Below, piece after piece: positions 48,201 to 61,700 of a DNA stretch of 64,000 nucleotides; within the stretch, counting starts at the first letter, position 1; each line of letters begins with the position of its first letter. This DNA comes from Nemertoderma westbladi (taxonomy: Eukaryota; Animalia; Xenacoelomorpha): NCBI GenBank assembly GCA_032718475.1, contig JAUCBJ010007135.1, positions 1-64,000 on the forward strand, written 5' to 3'. The position numbers were made by a program, and so were the translations under genes. Below the pieces are notes generated by a model, which saw only the letters and a program-made list of their open reading frames with translations, searched no databases and was not told where the DNA came from.

Positions 48201-49442
48201 GCAGTTGAAGGACTAGATGAAGGACTGCTGCTTAAAATTATTACCACCTGTCCAGAAAGTTTAAATGACTTGACTTAGGCTTATGTGGTGTTACTATTTT
48301 CTTCTGCCAAACACTTTTTAGTTTTGGGATTGGGTGCAAAGCACTTACTTATAAGTGGTGGTACAGGAGGTGGCTTATAGACAACTGGGAAAGGTTCCAA
48401 TGCTATGTCACTATCACCACTTATCTCAACGAATTCGACATTGACATCAGCGCCTGGACCAGAATTAGTATCAGTATCAGGTGTTGCCGTTACATAACGT
48501 AATACTGGTAGGTGCCACTATATCAATTCTACTCACAACATCAATAATTGTAGCAGGAACACCAATACTGTAGCTATACATTCATCATCCTTTGACATAC
48601 CGGTACTGGTACTACCAGTGCCAGTATTAATCCCACTTGCAATTTAAATTAGTTCTGCTGCGTCACCTTAATCAACATTCTGCGCAGCATAGAATTCTGT
48701 GTCAATATCATTTAGTAGATTCTCAATACCATCCTCTATATCTGAGTAAAATCTATCCAATAGTTCGTAGACAATAGTGCTGGGACCGGACCGCAAACAC
48801 AATACTGGTGTAACTGGACCGGTGGGGGTAATGACATTTAATGACATTTAGCGATAATATTAATATTAATAATACCGTACTCAATAATCCTAATACTAAT
48901 GAAGTCACCTTTCTTACAGAAAATTAAGGTTTATTAAATAATAATAATAATAATAACAATAATATTAATACTGGTGCAATAAATAATTTAAATAACATAG
49001 AAGGTAGTATCAAACAAATAATTTAAATAATAATTTAATAAATAACGACGGACAAAATAATAGCGGTATAATTAATATAAATGATAATGACCAAGTAAAT
49101 GATTCGCCCAGTGGGGGCCTACAAGGAAACGCAGAACTCCCAACGACGGAGGATAATAGAGGATCAGCGAATATCTACGAGGACATACAACCGGGTAGGG
49201 GACGAGGCACTCACACAGTGATCGGCCAAACGAAGGAATGTTGAACCAATTCGGAAGACAGACGGAGAACGAGTAGGGTTCATCTGGGAGGTCGAAACGA
49301 GATCTCATGAACGTAGATATAATGCTGGGAGTGAACGATGTGAGGGGGGCGGGAGAGATAAACGAGGAAAAGTTTCTATGGGCAATAAGGGGTGTCGAGA
49401 TAGGACGGATAGCGAACTGATGATAGTTGAGGTGGAGAGAGA
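47699..49442. repeat. Copy 2 of the ~1.7 kb dispersed repeat
   Basis: Colinear with 45-1756. Confidence 0.9.
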
Positions 49443-49669
49443 GAACCGGTGGTGCTGTACTTCGGGAGATTGCCATTTCCCCTAAGGGACACAGCCTGGT
49501 GATGCATACTACACACCGGGATAAGGGTGTAGAATATACCGAGAGGAAGAAGTTGACATGAGAAGAGGGGATCGGAGGGAAACTTCCCTTCGGAATGTAA
49601 CTACCGATCGAAGATATGGTAGTTGCGGGGATGAATTCTCGGAATATTCGAGAAAATTAAACTTATCTT

Positions 49670-50075
49670 TTTCTTGACTTTTTCTCAATGTTTTTTTTTC
49701 GCATTGTATTAATTCATTTATGTGTACATAATCTATACTAATATTGAATGTATTTATTTTCTCAATGTTTTTTTTCTCAATGTATTTTCATAATGTTTTT
49801 TTTTCTCAATTCATTTATTTTCTCAATGTTTTTTTCTCAATGTATTTAATTTCTGAATGTTTTTTTTCTCAATATCTGATTGGAAAACTGTGTATTTATT
49901 TTCGCAATGTTTTTTTTCTCTATATCTGATTGGCCAGCCTTGCCTTTTTTTGCTTAATATCTGATTGGATAAACAATGAATTTTTTTCTCAATATCCGAA
50001 TGGCTAATCCATGTATTTATTTTCTCAATATCTGATTGGCTTAGCCCTGCCTTTTTTGCTCAATATCTGATTGGT
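49670..50075. repeat. Degenerate T-rich tandem repeat with repeated reverse CCAAT boxes
   Basis: tttttctcaat(g/a) units, several extended to tcaatatctgattgg. Confidence 0.75.
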
Positions 50076-50457
50076 CGCACCTCCAGCTGTCTGCCTCTAC
50101 AGCAGTACAATGGGTTCTTCTGCAATCTCTGTCTATTGAACTGGTAGACTGGCCTGTCTGTTTGTTTGTTATTTCAGTATTCTGATATTCGCTTACCGGT
50201 ACCCCTTTGTTTAATGAAAGCAAATTTTACTGTTTTAACCTGTTTTATTGATAGACTGCACGCCACCATACCAGAACATTGCAGTCTGGCAGTACAGGAT
50301 ACAGGACGGTACAGAGGTCAGTCAACAAACAGTTGAGCGAGAGCGGGGAGTTGCCAATCTGCTGTCTGCCAGTGCAGTGACAGAGTGAGATATGATGGAT
50401 GACTGTATGAAGTGCAGTAGAGTTTTTCCCTTCTGCTGAGTTCGTGGACGACCAAGC

Positions 50458-51516
50458 GTGGCATTCATAAGTAAATATCTTATTGCGTTAAAGAGTAGCA
50501 TCGGCATATCATCGGTACAGCCTCTAACAGTAACTAACAAAGGTACACTAAAGCATTGTTTTATCTCCTTTTCAACCGACGATAATGAATCCATTATAGA
50601 TGCTAAAATAAAATCCTGCCTTCTGTCAACTCCAGCATGCCCGACAAGGTAAAAGTTTGTTAAAGCAATCCAAATAGATATATTCCCTGTTACCATATGT
50701 GAAGGCTTTGAATTTGATGGTCTTACTTTAAAATCATTGTATCCAGGCAATAGAGCTATTCACATCCAGTTGCTGGATAATTCCGATTATGATACTGACC
50801 AACCCTATCCCGCTTATGCTCAACAAGATACCGGTATATTTAATGATGTGATTGAAATACTGGTACTGAAATCATCACCAGAACCAGAAGTTCAGGATCC
50901 ACCGACCTCTGATTATGTTGATCATCGCCGGTTCCATCACAGGCACCCAATACAGCAAGTCACCCACCACGCCCAGAAACCCTATTTGAGATTCTCACCC
51001 GTTTAACCAAAACTTACAATGATGAAAATGCTGGAAAATTCAATCAAATCAATGCAGTGCGCAATTACGTGTTAGATGGCGCTTATATAAATTTTGACCG
51101 CAGGACGTTTAACATTGAACACAAAATATATGTTAAGTTTGATGATGAAGATGGTATAGACGAGGGTGGACTGAGTCGGGAGTTCATGCGCCTTGCCACT
51201 GCAGCAATTCGCGATTCTTTATTATTCTATGGACCAGAAACTAGGAAAATGATAGACCTTGATTATAATGGTAAGTCTGTAGGCCTACTGTAATTATTGC
51301 TGAATTGTAGATACAGCTAAATGTATTTTATTTTTATAGGACAACCAGTATTATAATACTATTAAATATTATTGAGAGAACAGTAATCAACTGTTATTTG
51401 TGTTGATTGTCATTTCATTTCATCCGAAGTCCACCCCATCTACATGCAAATTAAATAGTTATCTATTCGTTTTTAGCATTAAACCGAAGGAGATACCTAT
51501 TGGCTGGGAAGATGCT
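50458..51516 (+). pseudogene. G2E3-like HECT E3 ligase gene fragment disrupted by BEL-2
   Basis: IYVKFDDEDGIDEGGLSREFMRL. A GT-AG intron at 51271-51476 splices in frame to ALNRRRYLLAGKML, which stops at the LTR. Upstream stops/frameshifts. Confidence 0.78.
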
Positions 51517-52719
51517 TGTTCGCGCTTTTAGACCTTTGGCAGTTTAACCCGCCAAATTAGGATGTCTTCTAGATAATAAATCACCTTTAGTCTATGACAA
51601 GTATTTAATTCACTACACTAGTCGAAACCAATCTGTGCGCGATCATTCACCCGCTGGATATACCCGGGAGATTGGGTTCGACGGCTTAATTTTATTGCTA
51701 TGTAAGCCTAATGTATTATTCGACTGACAGTATTATATAATCTCTGACAATATTATTCACCTTCGGGGAATATTAACAGTTCCTTTAGGACGTGGCGCTC
51801 TATCTATACAAACAGAGTTATGACTTAAACTACTCACAACGATATGGCTTAGTTATAATTCACATATATGGCGCATTCTTTAGGAAATGCTTCGTTATCA
51901 GTCTCACTCATACACAATGCTGCACAATACTGCACACTGATCTGCCGATCTTCACTGATTTTAGTTATATATAAAAGGAACACGGACTGACTCATGTAGG
52001 GTCTATCAAATAACATTAGATTCACTTCAAACCACTTTAACATAAGTCACAATCGTTATATGTAACCCTTCTCTCTTACCTTCGGTATATCAAGAATATT
52101 GGGTTTCGGGGTTATTTATCGTTATTCCAAATATAATAATTCATCAACCATATTATGAAGAACTGACAGCAAATAGCAGTATAACAATATAAAGTATGCA
52201 CAGGTTGTTTGATTAGGTATGGTATGTTATGATTTGAGTTGAGGTATGTTATGATCAGACATCAGATAACGGATATATGTCCTTATAATTAAGCCTACTA
52301 GTGTAAGACTAAAAACTGAAAACACGGAGGTGCCAAAAGCCGGTTCTTAGGCTCTGGGCAAAAACATAACACTGAACTACTGAGTTTCTGTATACACCTC
52401 CAACACAGAGACAACAAACGATCTGATTGGTCAACCTGAACAACGAGAGAACAAAGAAACAAAGAAACGTCGACGTGGCAATATCAGCTGCTAGCCGTCG
52501 TCATGGTAGCGACACTGTTTTCAAAAGTATCCAGCTATTGCGTCACGAGATTGTGGATTATGTCCTCTAAAGTACAAATACAGTACAAATACATAAGAAA
52601 TGACTTTTATGTCCTCTAAAACACCAGTACAGCAAGGACACGGCCTTTTTATGCCTGGCAAACCAACTACAGAGTACTTTAAGGGAAAATAACCGGCTAA
52701 TTTCGCAAAAGCTTTTACA
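51517..52719 (-). repeat. Putative 3' LTR of BEL-2 (~1.2 kb)
   Basis: Minus strand PPT-like gggagcgg then TGTA at 52719. Ends cgcgaACA at 51517. Partner LTR not visible. Confidence 0.55.
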
Positions 52720-52745
52720 CCGCTCCCAGAAAATGGGATTTAAGT

Positions 52746-53105
52746 CTATAAAATATAACAAATCACAGTTTCTAAAATATAAAGATACTCTAAACAGTTA
52801 GCCTTTCTTACGCAGACGGCGTTTACGCAGTTTTTTGAGGCTAGCAAGAGTATTTTTCTCTTTGGGGGGAGCCACTTTACTAGGAGGGCCATAACTCCTG
52901 GGTGAAGGGTGCAATATGATTGCATCAGAAGGTGTAGGATTGTGGTCGAGGTATCTGCCGTTTCGATATGCTTCTCCTCGAGCTGATTTTCCTCCGCTCG
53001 TAGCTGGATACGTTCATCCAAAAACTCTCGCAGAGAATAGGATCGTCCAAGTTCGATAACTTCTTTGAGATTCTGGATTTCCCAATCGAATTGAGATAAG
53101 GCCAA
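52746..53105 (-). CDS. Possible accessory ORF remnant of BEL-2
   Basis: 119-codon helical-looking frame directly upstream of the putative PPT, non-ATG start, no recognised domain. Confidence 0.3.
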   Translation of the reverse strand: MALSQFDWEIQNLKEVIELGRSYSLREFLDERIQLRAEENQLEEKHIETADTSTTILHLLMQSYCTLHPGVMALLVKWLPPKRKILLLASKNCVNAVCVRKANCLEYLYILETVICYIL

Positions 53106-53777
53106 TTCGTTTATCGATTGGACTTACTGTTATAACTTACGTTTATCTGAACAAACGCAGGTTTCTTTTTTGATCTTTATAGAATAGCGTTTAACTCGTT
53201 TCGTACAACGCTCTCCTTCACCTTGATGAGGGGTTGTATCGCGTTAAACGGGGACGACCATACGGTTGGATAGTGATATTAGGTGTCCGCGTCACAATCC
53301 GGCTAGGTAAGATGGGCGGCTAGCTAGAAATCACTGTCGGAGTGTTACCGATTAATTGTTAGGGTAGCACTAGATCTTTGAACAGTGAATACAGTCCGCG
53401 AGGATCCGCGGCACCACCAGGATCGCAGGTCTGAGGTCCAACTAAGGAATGAGGAGGTTTGACCGAGTATTCCGGGACTCTGATCGTAGGTTTACTCCAG
53501 GATCGTTCGAGCCGAGTGAGCATAGGTGATACGTCAACAAGTTTCGGTTTACGTGGATGTTTATGTCTTTCCGTTTATTAGTTGGGTCTAGGGCATTTAT
53601 CGTAATAATACCAAAGACGCACGTCTGGTAGGGTAAACGCGGGTGATATTTATTTGTTGTTACAATGCTTCTATCAAGAATTCCAAATATACGTTGGAGT
53701 TACCGCGTCCATTTGTTTCTTTAGTGTCTTTTCTTTCGAGTCGATTTCGAATAGAATTTTCGCATTCAAATTTCAGT

Positions 53778-54062
53778 TTATGGTTCCGACTCCGCTGGGC
53801 AGGATATATAGTCGACATAGTCCGTATTGTGTAAATCGATAGGATGACCAGTAGTTAAGAAGCCCATATACGTACCATTACGCTGCGTATATCGAGCAGC
53901 GAATTTTCTATAGTCCAACTCACGCGTGAGCTGCTCTTGGGACATTGGCGGTTCGATATAACGACCATCGTCCTCCGCAGCAGTTGGACTAACGTCGCCG
54001 CGTATTAAGCTATCAACAAACGCTTGTAAAAGTAGAGTATATCGCTCCCATACCAAGACCAT
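53778..54062 (-). CDS. Possible accessory ORF remnant of BEL-2
   Basis: ATG-initiated 94 aa. The frame stays open for about 40 codons after the stop. Confidence 0.3.
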   Translation of the reverse strand: MVLVWERYTLLLQAFVDSLIRGDVSPTAAEDDGRYIEPPMSQEQLTRELDYRKFAARYTQRNGTYMGFLTTGHPIDLHNTDYVDYISCPAESEP

Positions 54063-55732
54063 CTTCTATCAACTCCGTCATATCTGCTATATATGAGTTT
54101 ATCCATATTATAATGAGTCCACATTTAGGCGAGCGGGCGTCGCTGCCTACCCCAATCAACCCCCGGACAGTACGAGATCCTCAGCGCCGATGTGTCGTTG
54201 CCGCTGTACTTTCGCCAACGACGTAGCCGCACAATGACAACGACAACCGGCACAAGTCACTCGACTGTCCGTCCCAAAGGCTTAGATGTACTTCAGGTTT
54301 TCCTTGGAGAGTTAGGTTACTTTTACGATTGCGACTAGCTACTGTAAACACACTTTAGCAGTAACATTCACCTATAAACTCACAAATACCACACAACTGG
54401 TCACAACTACGCACATTCGGGCCATTTGTCCGTTAGTCAATGCCTTCCAGAATGTCACTGTATTATTATGTATCCTTGGATACTAGTAGTGCGCTATTTA
54501 TTCCCTATGCTATTCAATGGGACAAGCTTTCTATTGTTCTTTTAACTCAATTCTAATTCTAGCGTGGTTGTTGCTATGGTGACATTATGCAAAGCTAGCG
54601 GTAGAATTAGGGTAATTCCAATGCATACAGATCTGGGATGTTATTTAATAGTATTCTTTAATAGTCAATGTTCTGTTTTATACATGACTTTATGAATTTT
54701 ATCGGCTATTGACTATGTTTGGGAGACTTTCACACACTCGTACGCATGATAAGATAAATCTCCGCTCCCTTGATCTATTAATTAATGGAATTTTGGGAAC
54801 TTTATAAATTGCGTAAAAATGGCAATTTATTAAATTCATTAAAAGGCATGAATTTAAATTGATTCCCTGAAATTTTATTATTTGATAATTAAATGGACAT
54901 ATTTGGATTCCAGAACATGTCTGGGGACACAAGATCCTTAATTCTATGACAATTGTCCTTTTAAGAATATCGGTAAATGCTATGAGATCTTAATTGACTA
55001 GAATTGTTGAAGGATCTGAATTTTACAGATTTTGATTTATTAGATTAGCAAATATTACATAATTAATATTTGAGATGGGCACCGATTTATTCCAGAACTT
55101 GTCTGGGGACGTTAACCATTGATTCTAGAATTTGTCTTTCAAGTATATCGGTGGGTGCCGCGATATCTTAATCGACTAGAATTACAGATGGTCAAAGGGT
55201 TTAACAGATTTATTTTGCGTTATACGCTACTGTTAAAGGGACATCACGCTACTATATGTATTATTTAATATACGGTATGAGAGCAATATCGCACGAAGCA
55301 ATGTCAGTGTGAAGAGGCAAGTCGTTTCCAAGGTCTACCCAGAGCTTGGTTTAGCCGAGACACGAGGATCTGAACTTTGCATTCCTAATACTCTGCCTAC
55401 CAATAATACTTAAATATAGTAGTGGCTTTATTGTACTTTAATAAGTACGGACATTTCATCTTACTGTAGTTACGTATTTATAATATAATACGGACAGTAA
55501 GGAAAGAGAAAAAGAATTATTTCTCGCCGTCGCACTAAATATAATATAAGTAATTACGTACGTAATAAACACGAATATATTGCACTATTCTACAAAATAA
55601 TCGCTAAATAATATTCTTCTAAATTAAATAAAACGATTATAATAAAATTACATAGTAATACATACATAAATATAAAAATAATAAAATAATATAATATAAA
55701 ATAATGGAGTCACACGCCCACTCCGAACGATA

Positions 55733-58700
55733 TTAAGTTGGGGAGTCCCTAGATGTTTGTTGGATTAGGGAGGTGGTCGTGGGAAGAGTATCTTGTCTCC
55801 CATAGTTTCCGGAGAGCTCTCTGTCTCTTTCCAGTAAACATAAACGTCCCACCGGGCGATTGAGCTGTTGAGTCTCAAAGACTATCCCTGGTTTCTTAAA
55901 GTTACGTCGCATGACGACGAGTTCTACGGATCGCACCAAACCATCGCTCGAGATATGAGTCTCGATGATACGTCCTGTTTGCCATCGCTTACGTGGGAGA
56001 TCGGGGTCCACAATAAGCACCATGTCTCCAGCGCTGACGTTTTCTTGCTGCGCAAACCACTTAGTTCGAAGTTGTAGAGTGGGCAGGTAATGTTTCTCGA
56101 AATGGTCAGCGAAACGACGGGATAGCAACTGCATAAGTTGCCAGGTTCGACGGCAGTACTCGTCTCCGTCTGTGATCTCCGATCGTGGGAGCATGGCTAC
56201 GGGTTTCTTCAGTAGAAAGTGCGCGGGTGTTAGCGCTTCCAGGGAATCCGGATTTGAAGAGACTGGCATAAGCGGTCTTTCGTTGAGATAGGCGGCGATT
56301 TCCTCCATTAACGTCCGCAATAGTTCGTCGGTGAGATAAGCGCGACAAGGCACAATAAAGTGGAACGCAGTCTTCACGCTCCTAATCAATCTCTCCCAAC
56401 TTCCTCCCCACCAAGGGGCGTCGGCGGCGTTGAAGGTCCAGCTAGACGCTGTTATCCTTAGCTGATCGTCCACCTGTCTTTTGTTCCAGTCCTTTACGTA
56501 AGCTTGAATTTCGTTGTTGGCGCCAATGAAGTTCGTTCCCTTATCCGATCTCATCGTGTTACTGGTTCCGAAGCGAGCGATCTGTCGTCGTAAACTCAAC
56601 ACGAAGCTGTTGGTGGATAGATCGTTTACCATATCGAGATGGATAGCTCTACAAGTCATACAAACGAAGATGACACACCATCTCTTGACTATAGTCCGGG
56701 CACGATATACTTCAATAGGGCCAAATAAATCCACACCGGTATTAGTAAAGGGTGGTTCATAGAAGCTTACTCTTTCCCTAGGTAATTCTGCCTCTCGCTG
56801 TGTCAAAGGCCTACTGAATGCTTTCCTACAGGGTATACAGTTCCTAAGAACTTGGTTCAGAGCCCTACGGGGTTTATAAAAATAGTAGCGAGTTCGAATT
56901 TCGCTCAGAACTCGTTCTCTACCAGCATGGTACAGTTTGCTATGAACATCTACAATTATCTTGATTTGTATGTCAAGATTTCTAATGAGTATGGGAAACT
57001 TAGTGTCAAAGGATAAGGGGGCGTTGGTGAGCCTGCCTCCAACACGTATTAACCCATCTATCATGGTACTAGAGAAGCGATCTCTTAAGCGCATCTGCGG
57101 ATTTCTTAACAACAGGAAATACTTATCGGGATCCTCATAGCATTGTAGGAGTCTCAGCATCTGTTTGTTGGTTTCATCATGCTCCTGGTAACTGATCTTC
57201 TCCTTTAGAAACCTGTCGGATATCTTGTATTGGGGAAGATCTTTAACAACATGGACTCGTGCAGATGTTGATGGAGCATCATCACTATTGGGCTTTGTCC
57301 CGGAGTAACGATGATGAAAACATCGTTTCAGATAGGTGACAGCTTTACAGAGCCGATTCCAGGAACTGTAGTGACGTATCGCTCTCTGCAAGAGAGGTGA
57401 GAGTCCTTGCGAAATATCTGGTATTCCAGATTTCCAATCCTTGTCACGGATTTCCAAGACTTCTTTAGTCGTGGCGGTGGGTTTCTGATCCAAAGCATCC
57501 TCTCCGGAAGTAAATAATACAGATAGATCAACCGCAGGTTTAAACAACTTCGATTTACTCGCTCGAGTTTTGGGTTTAACTTTCTCCGCTCCCTTGGCCT
57601 GTCTGATCTCTGCTGTTGTGAGATGGGGAGGCCATTCTTCTTCTTCTCTGTAGAGAAAGTCAGGTCCTCCTAACCATTCGGGAGTATTTACCAATTCCTT
57701 TGGAGTCGCTCCTCGGGAAGCGATGTCTGCTGGATTAATCGTTCCGGGGCAATGTCTCCATTGGTCCATCGTCGTGCGACTAAGTATGATGGCTACTCTG
57801 TTGGTAACGAAGACGCTGAACTGACAGACTTCATTGGTTATATACTCTAACACGAGTAAAGCGTCGGTCCAATAGACAGTTTTCTCTAATGGATAGTCAA
57901 TCTGTTCTGTTACATTCCGGCCGATGGCTGTAGCGTATAGAGCCGCTTTTAACTCCGCTCGAGGAACTTTCAACTTGTTGTTGATTAATGCCTTAGAAGT
58001 AACCAGGGCGACCTTGATTCCATCCGGAGTTTCTACCCTTAGATAGGCTACTATACCTATTCCCATATCGCTGGCGTCTCCAAACACATGGAGTTGATAG
58101 GAATACGTAGGGAGAACATGACCAAAATATGAACGGGAAATTATAAAATCCTCGATAGCTGGCAGAGAATCTTCCCATTTCATCCACTTCTTCAATAATT
58201 CTCCCTTAAGTGGATCGTCCCATGAGTGGTTTTCAAGCCACATTTGTTGTACCAAACTACGAGCAATCAATATAACTGGGCTAATAAATCCCAATGGATC
58301 GAAATAAGTGCTCAGTATACTTAAGCAAATCCGTTTGGTTCGAACTAGATTATCTCGCTGTTTTAGCTGGAAAAACAGGATATCTCGCTCTGTGTCCCAT
58401 TTCAAGCCGAGTGTCTTGGTTTCTGGCAGATCATCTTTGATCAAATCGAGATCTTTCGCTCCTCGATCCTCCGCAGGGATCGACTCCAGAAACTCACGGG
58501 AGTTGCTGGTGAATTTCGTTAATCGAAACCCACCTCTTTTTAAGCACTCTACCGTTCCTTTAGCGACGTCAATGGCTTCCTCAACTGATGGAAGGGACTT
58601 CAGATTGTCGTCCATATATATGTCTCTCTTGATGTTGTCGATCACTTCCTTAGAGAATGCCTCTCGGTTGTCCTCTGCAGTGGCACGCACTACCGAACAG

Positions 58701-61700
58701 GCGTTGGAAGGGCTTGAGATTATCCCGAAGGCCTGGATGGTCATCCAGTACTCCACCGGTTTCTGGTTGAGATCTCCTTCGGGCCACCACAGAAATCGTA
58801 GACTATCTCGATCCCCATCCAGCACCTTGACTTGTAAGAACATGCCTTCTATATCGGAGGCGAAAGCAATCGAATATTGTCTCAATCTTAAAAGAATTCC
58901 CAACAAAGATTGAAGCAAGTTGGGTCCGGGTAACAATTCAGAGTTAAGGGATTGACCCATGTAAAGAGCGGAGCCATCAAACACTACTCTCACTTCGTGT
59001 GGCTTACCGGGTTTAGGAACGTAATGGTGAGTTAAGTAATACGTTCTTTCAGTCACAGGTGTTTCTTCCGGTACTCTCTCCGCGTATCCCTTACTAATAA
59101 ATTTTTCCAGCTGTGTTTGATACATTGCTTTAGCTGAAGAATTAGCCGTAAGGCGTCGATGGAGTTGCGCGATTCTTTTTTCCGCCAAAGGTCTGTTATT
59201 GATGAACTTCGGTTCTCTCTTGCGAAAAGGTAAACCGACTTCGTACCTTCCTTGATCTTTGAGGAAACGTGTAGTTGTCTCTTGGATCTGCTTGGCCCTT
59301 TCCTCTTCCACCGACAAGGCTTTATCGTAGGAATTGGGCTCTACCGCCTCTTGCGTAAAGAATCGTACTGCATGTTCATCTCGAGTCTTGGCATTGCAAC
59401 GCTCAATGACGTCATTTAACTCGTCGTTGTAAGCTTCTCGTTCAGATGGATAGAGAAGTTGACATAAGTTCACTTGGTTTTGCCAAGCCTCGTTTTCCTT
59501 AAGGAGATCGATGGTATTCTCCTCATCAAAAAGCTGGTGAACGTCGTCGTTATCTGAGGAGTATGGAATTCCCTCAGTTGAATCGTCTCCCTCACTAGCA
59601 TCATCTTCCCATTCACTCACCTGGCAGACTCTCTCTTGCGGTAGTCTTTCTCTGAGTGTTCTACGGGAAGGGCCAGTAAAGTACCAACCTACTCTAGTTC
59701 TTACCGCATAGGTCTGTAGGGGCTGCGGTTGAGCAGGCCGTTTCTCTAATGTCTCCAGCGCCTCATGCGCGTTTTGGCCGATGAGTATTTGCACTCCAGG
59801 ATAATCAGTCTGGAATCGAGGTATGTTAAGATGTTGGATGCTCTCATCCTCGTCCCAATTATAAAGGTCTGCTTGAGTAGTAGCGAAGTTCTTTATAGCC
59901 ACCATTTTCACTGACCTTATGCTATGTTCTCCTAGTTCGTCCTGGGGGGTGGACAACGCTCCTACATAATAATCCGCTGTGATTGTAGATTTCCAAACTT
60001 GCATAATGCCGGACATGTTGAGCTTAGTTTGGAACTTGGGTTGTCCAGCAAATATATCTTCGGCTAGCTCTTTGTCGATGAATGTTCCTGTGCTGCCGGA
60101 GTCCAGGAGGGCGTTCACTACATAACTCCGTTTAGGTCCGTGAACCCTTACCTGCACCACAGGAAACTCTCGGATCCCTACATTGGAAGATGGCTCTTTC
60201 CAAGATGGTTGTCGTTCAGAAGTAGTTAGAGTGAAGTCGTTGTCTGTATCCTTTTCATAGGTGAGTGCTCGATACACTGCGGTATTTATCATGTAACAGG
60301 ATTCGTTTTCGTCGGAGAACTCGTCTGTATAGAATCCTTCCATCTCAGATTGATCAGTGTCGTTCACATCACTGAATTGGACATGTAGCTCGGAATCACT
60401 TACCTGATTCGGACTATTTCGATCGAATTCAGCGTGCAACAAGATATGATGTTTCGCACCACACTTTGCACACCTTATGTCAGAGAAACAGGTACGCCGT
60501 TGGTGTCCTTGTCTGAGGCAATTATAACATAACCGCTTATCCCACATGACTTCGCGTCTCTCCGTTAATGACTTCTTCAGGAATTCATCACACATATTCA
60601 AACGGTGGGTCCCGTCACACAGCGCACATTTCGGTTTGATGTTACTTACCTTATTTTGAGTCACATTGTGTACACTTGCCCTTTCTTCGGGCTTTCTCAC
60701 CGGAATTCTCTTGGGAGACGTGGGAGGAGTTTTTCTTACCTGTTCTCTCCTGTCATTTGCTCGAGACTTGAATTTACTTACCTGATCTTTAGGCATTTTA
60801 TTGACATAATAAGATCTATCAGTGTCTTTCCCGCTATCTTCTCCTTGAGAAGTCTGGCTTTCGCCGTCGTCTGTATAACACACTGGTGTTACCTTTCTCC
60901 TAGAGACGGGTTTTTCACTTACCTTGTTTTCCGGTGTCTTCTCTCGGGACTGCTTGAGGAGTTGCAATTTCACTTCTCCATCCAAGAATGACATGAGATC
61001 AGCCATGGTAGGGTCTCGTCGTTGTTGTTCCATCATATATAGTACTTTCTTATCCCAGCGTGTGCCTACCCCACCTTTCGGTAAAGTAGAAGCCACAGCT
61101 CCAATGACCATAGAACTTTGGTATTCATGAGACTTACCTAACCAATCTAATTGTCTACAGATCTCTTGAATCTCATCGGAAAACTCTATTATCCCACTGC
61201 TGATGAACTTTCTGGGCGCTACTAATTTTGCATATAAATACTTAGCGATATTATTCCTATTACCATACCTGATGTTTAGTGTGTCCCAAACTTGTCTTAA
61301 TCCGTCTGGATGTCCAATAAACTTTAACGCCATTAACTTGGGAGATCCTTCCAAGCACTCGATGAGGTATCTAAGTTTTTCTCCATTAGATAGTACAGAG
61401 TTCTGTATGTTATCTTTGTAATATTCATTAAAAGGTAACCATTTCATCTCATCTCCATTGAACTTGACGATCTCTCCCACCTTTACCGCTTGCCGGGCTT
61501 CGGTTCTAGCCATTTGACGCGTAAAACTTTCTTGGGCCATCGTGTTATTTAATATCGAGTTATCGGTATATAAATTTCTCGGATTATGATCAGTTCTATA
61601 TGGAATATCATTATCGACAGGTCTATAATTACCCTTAATAGGGTTCACTATAGGAGTTTCTACTTCGCTAGCAGTATAGATGCGTGTAGGCTCCACACCT

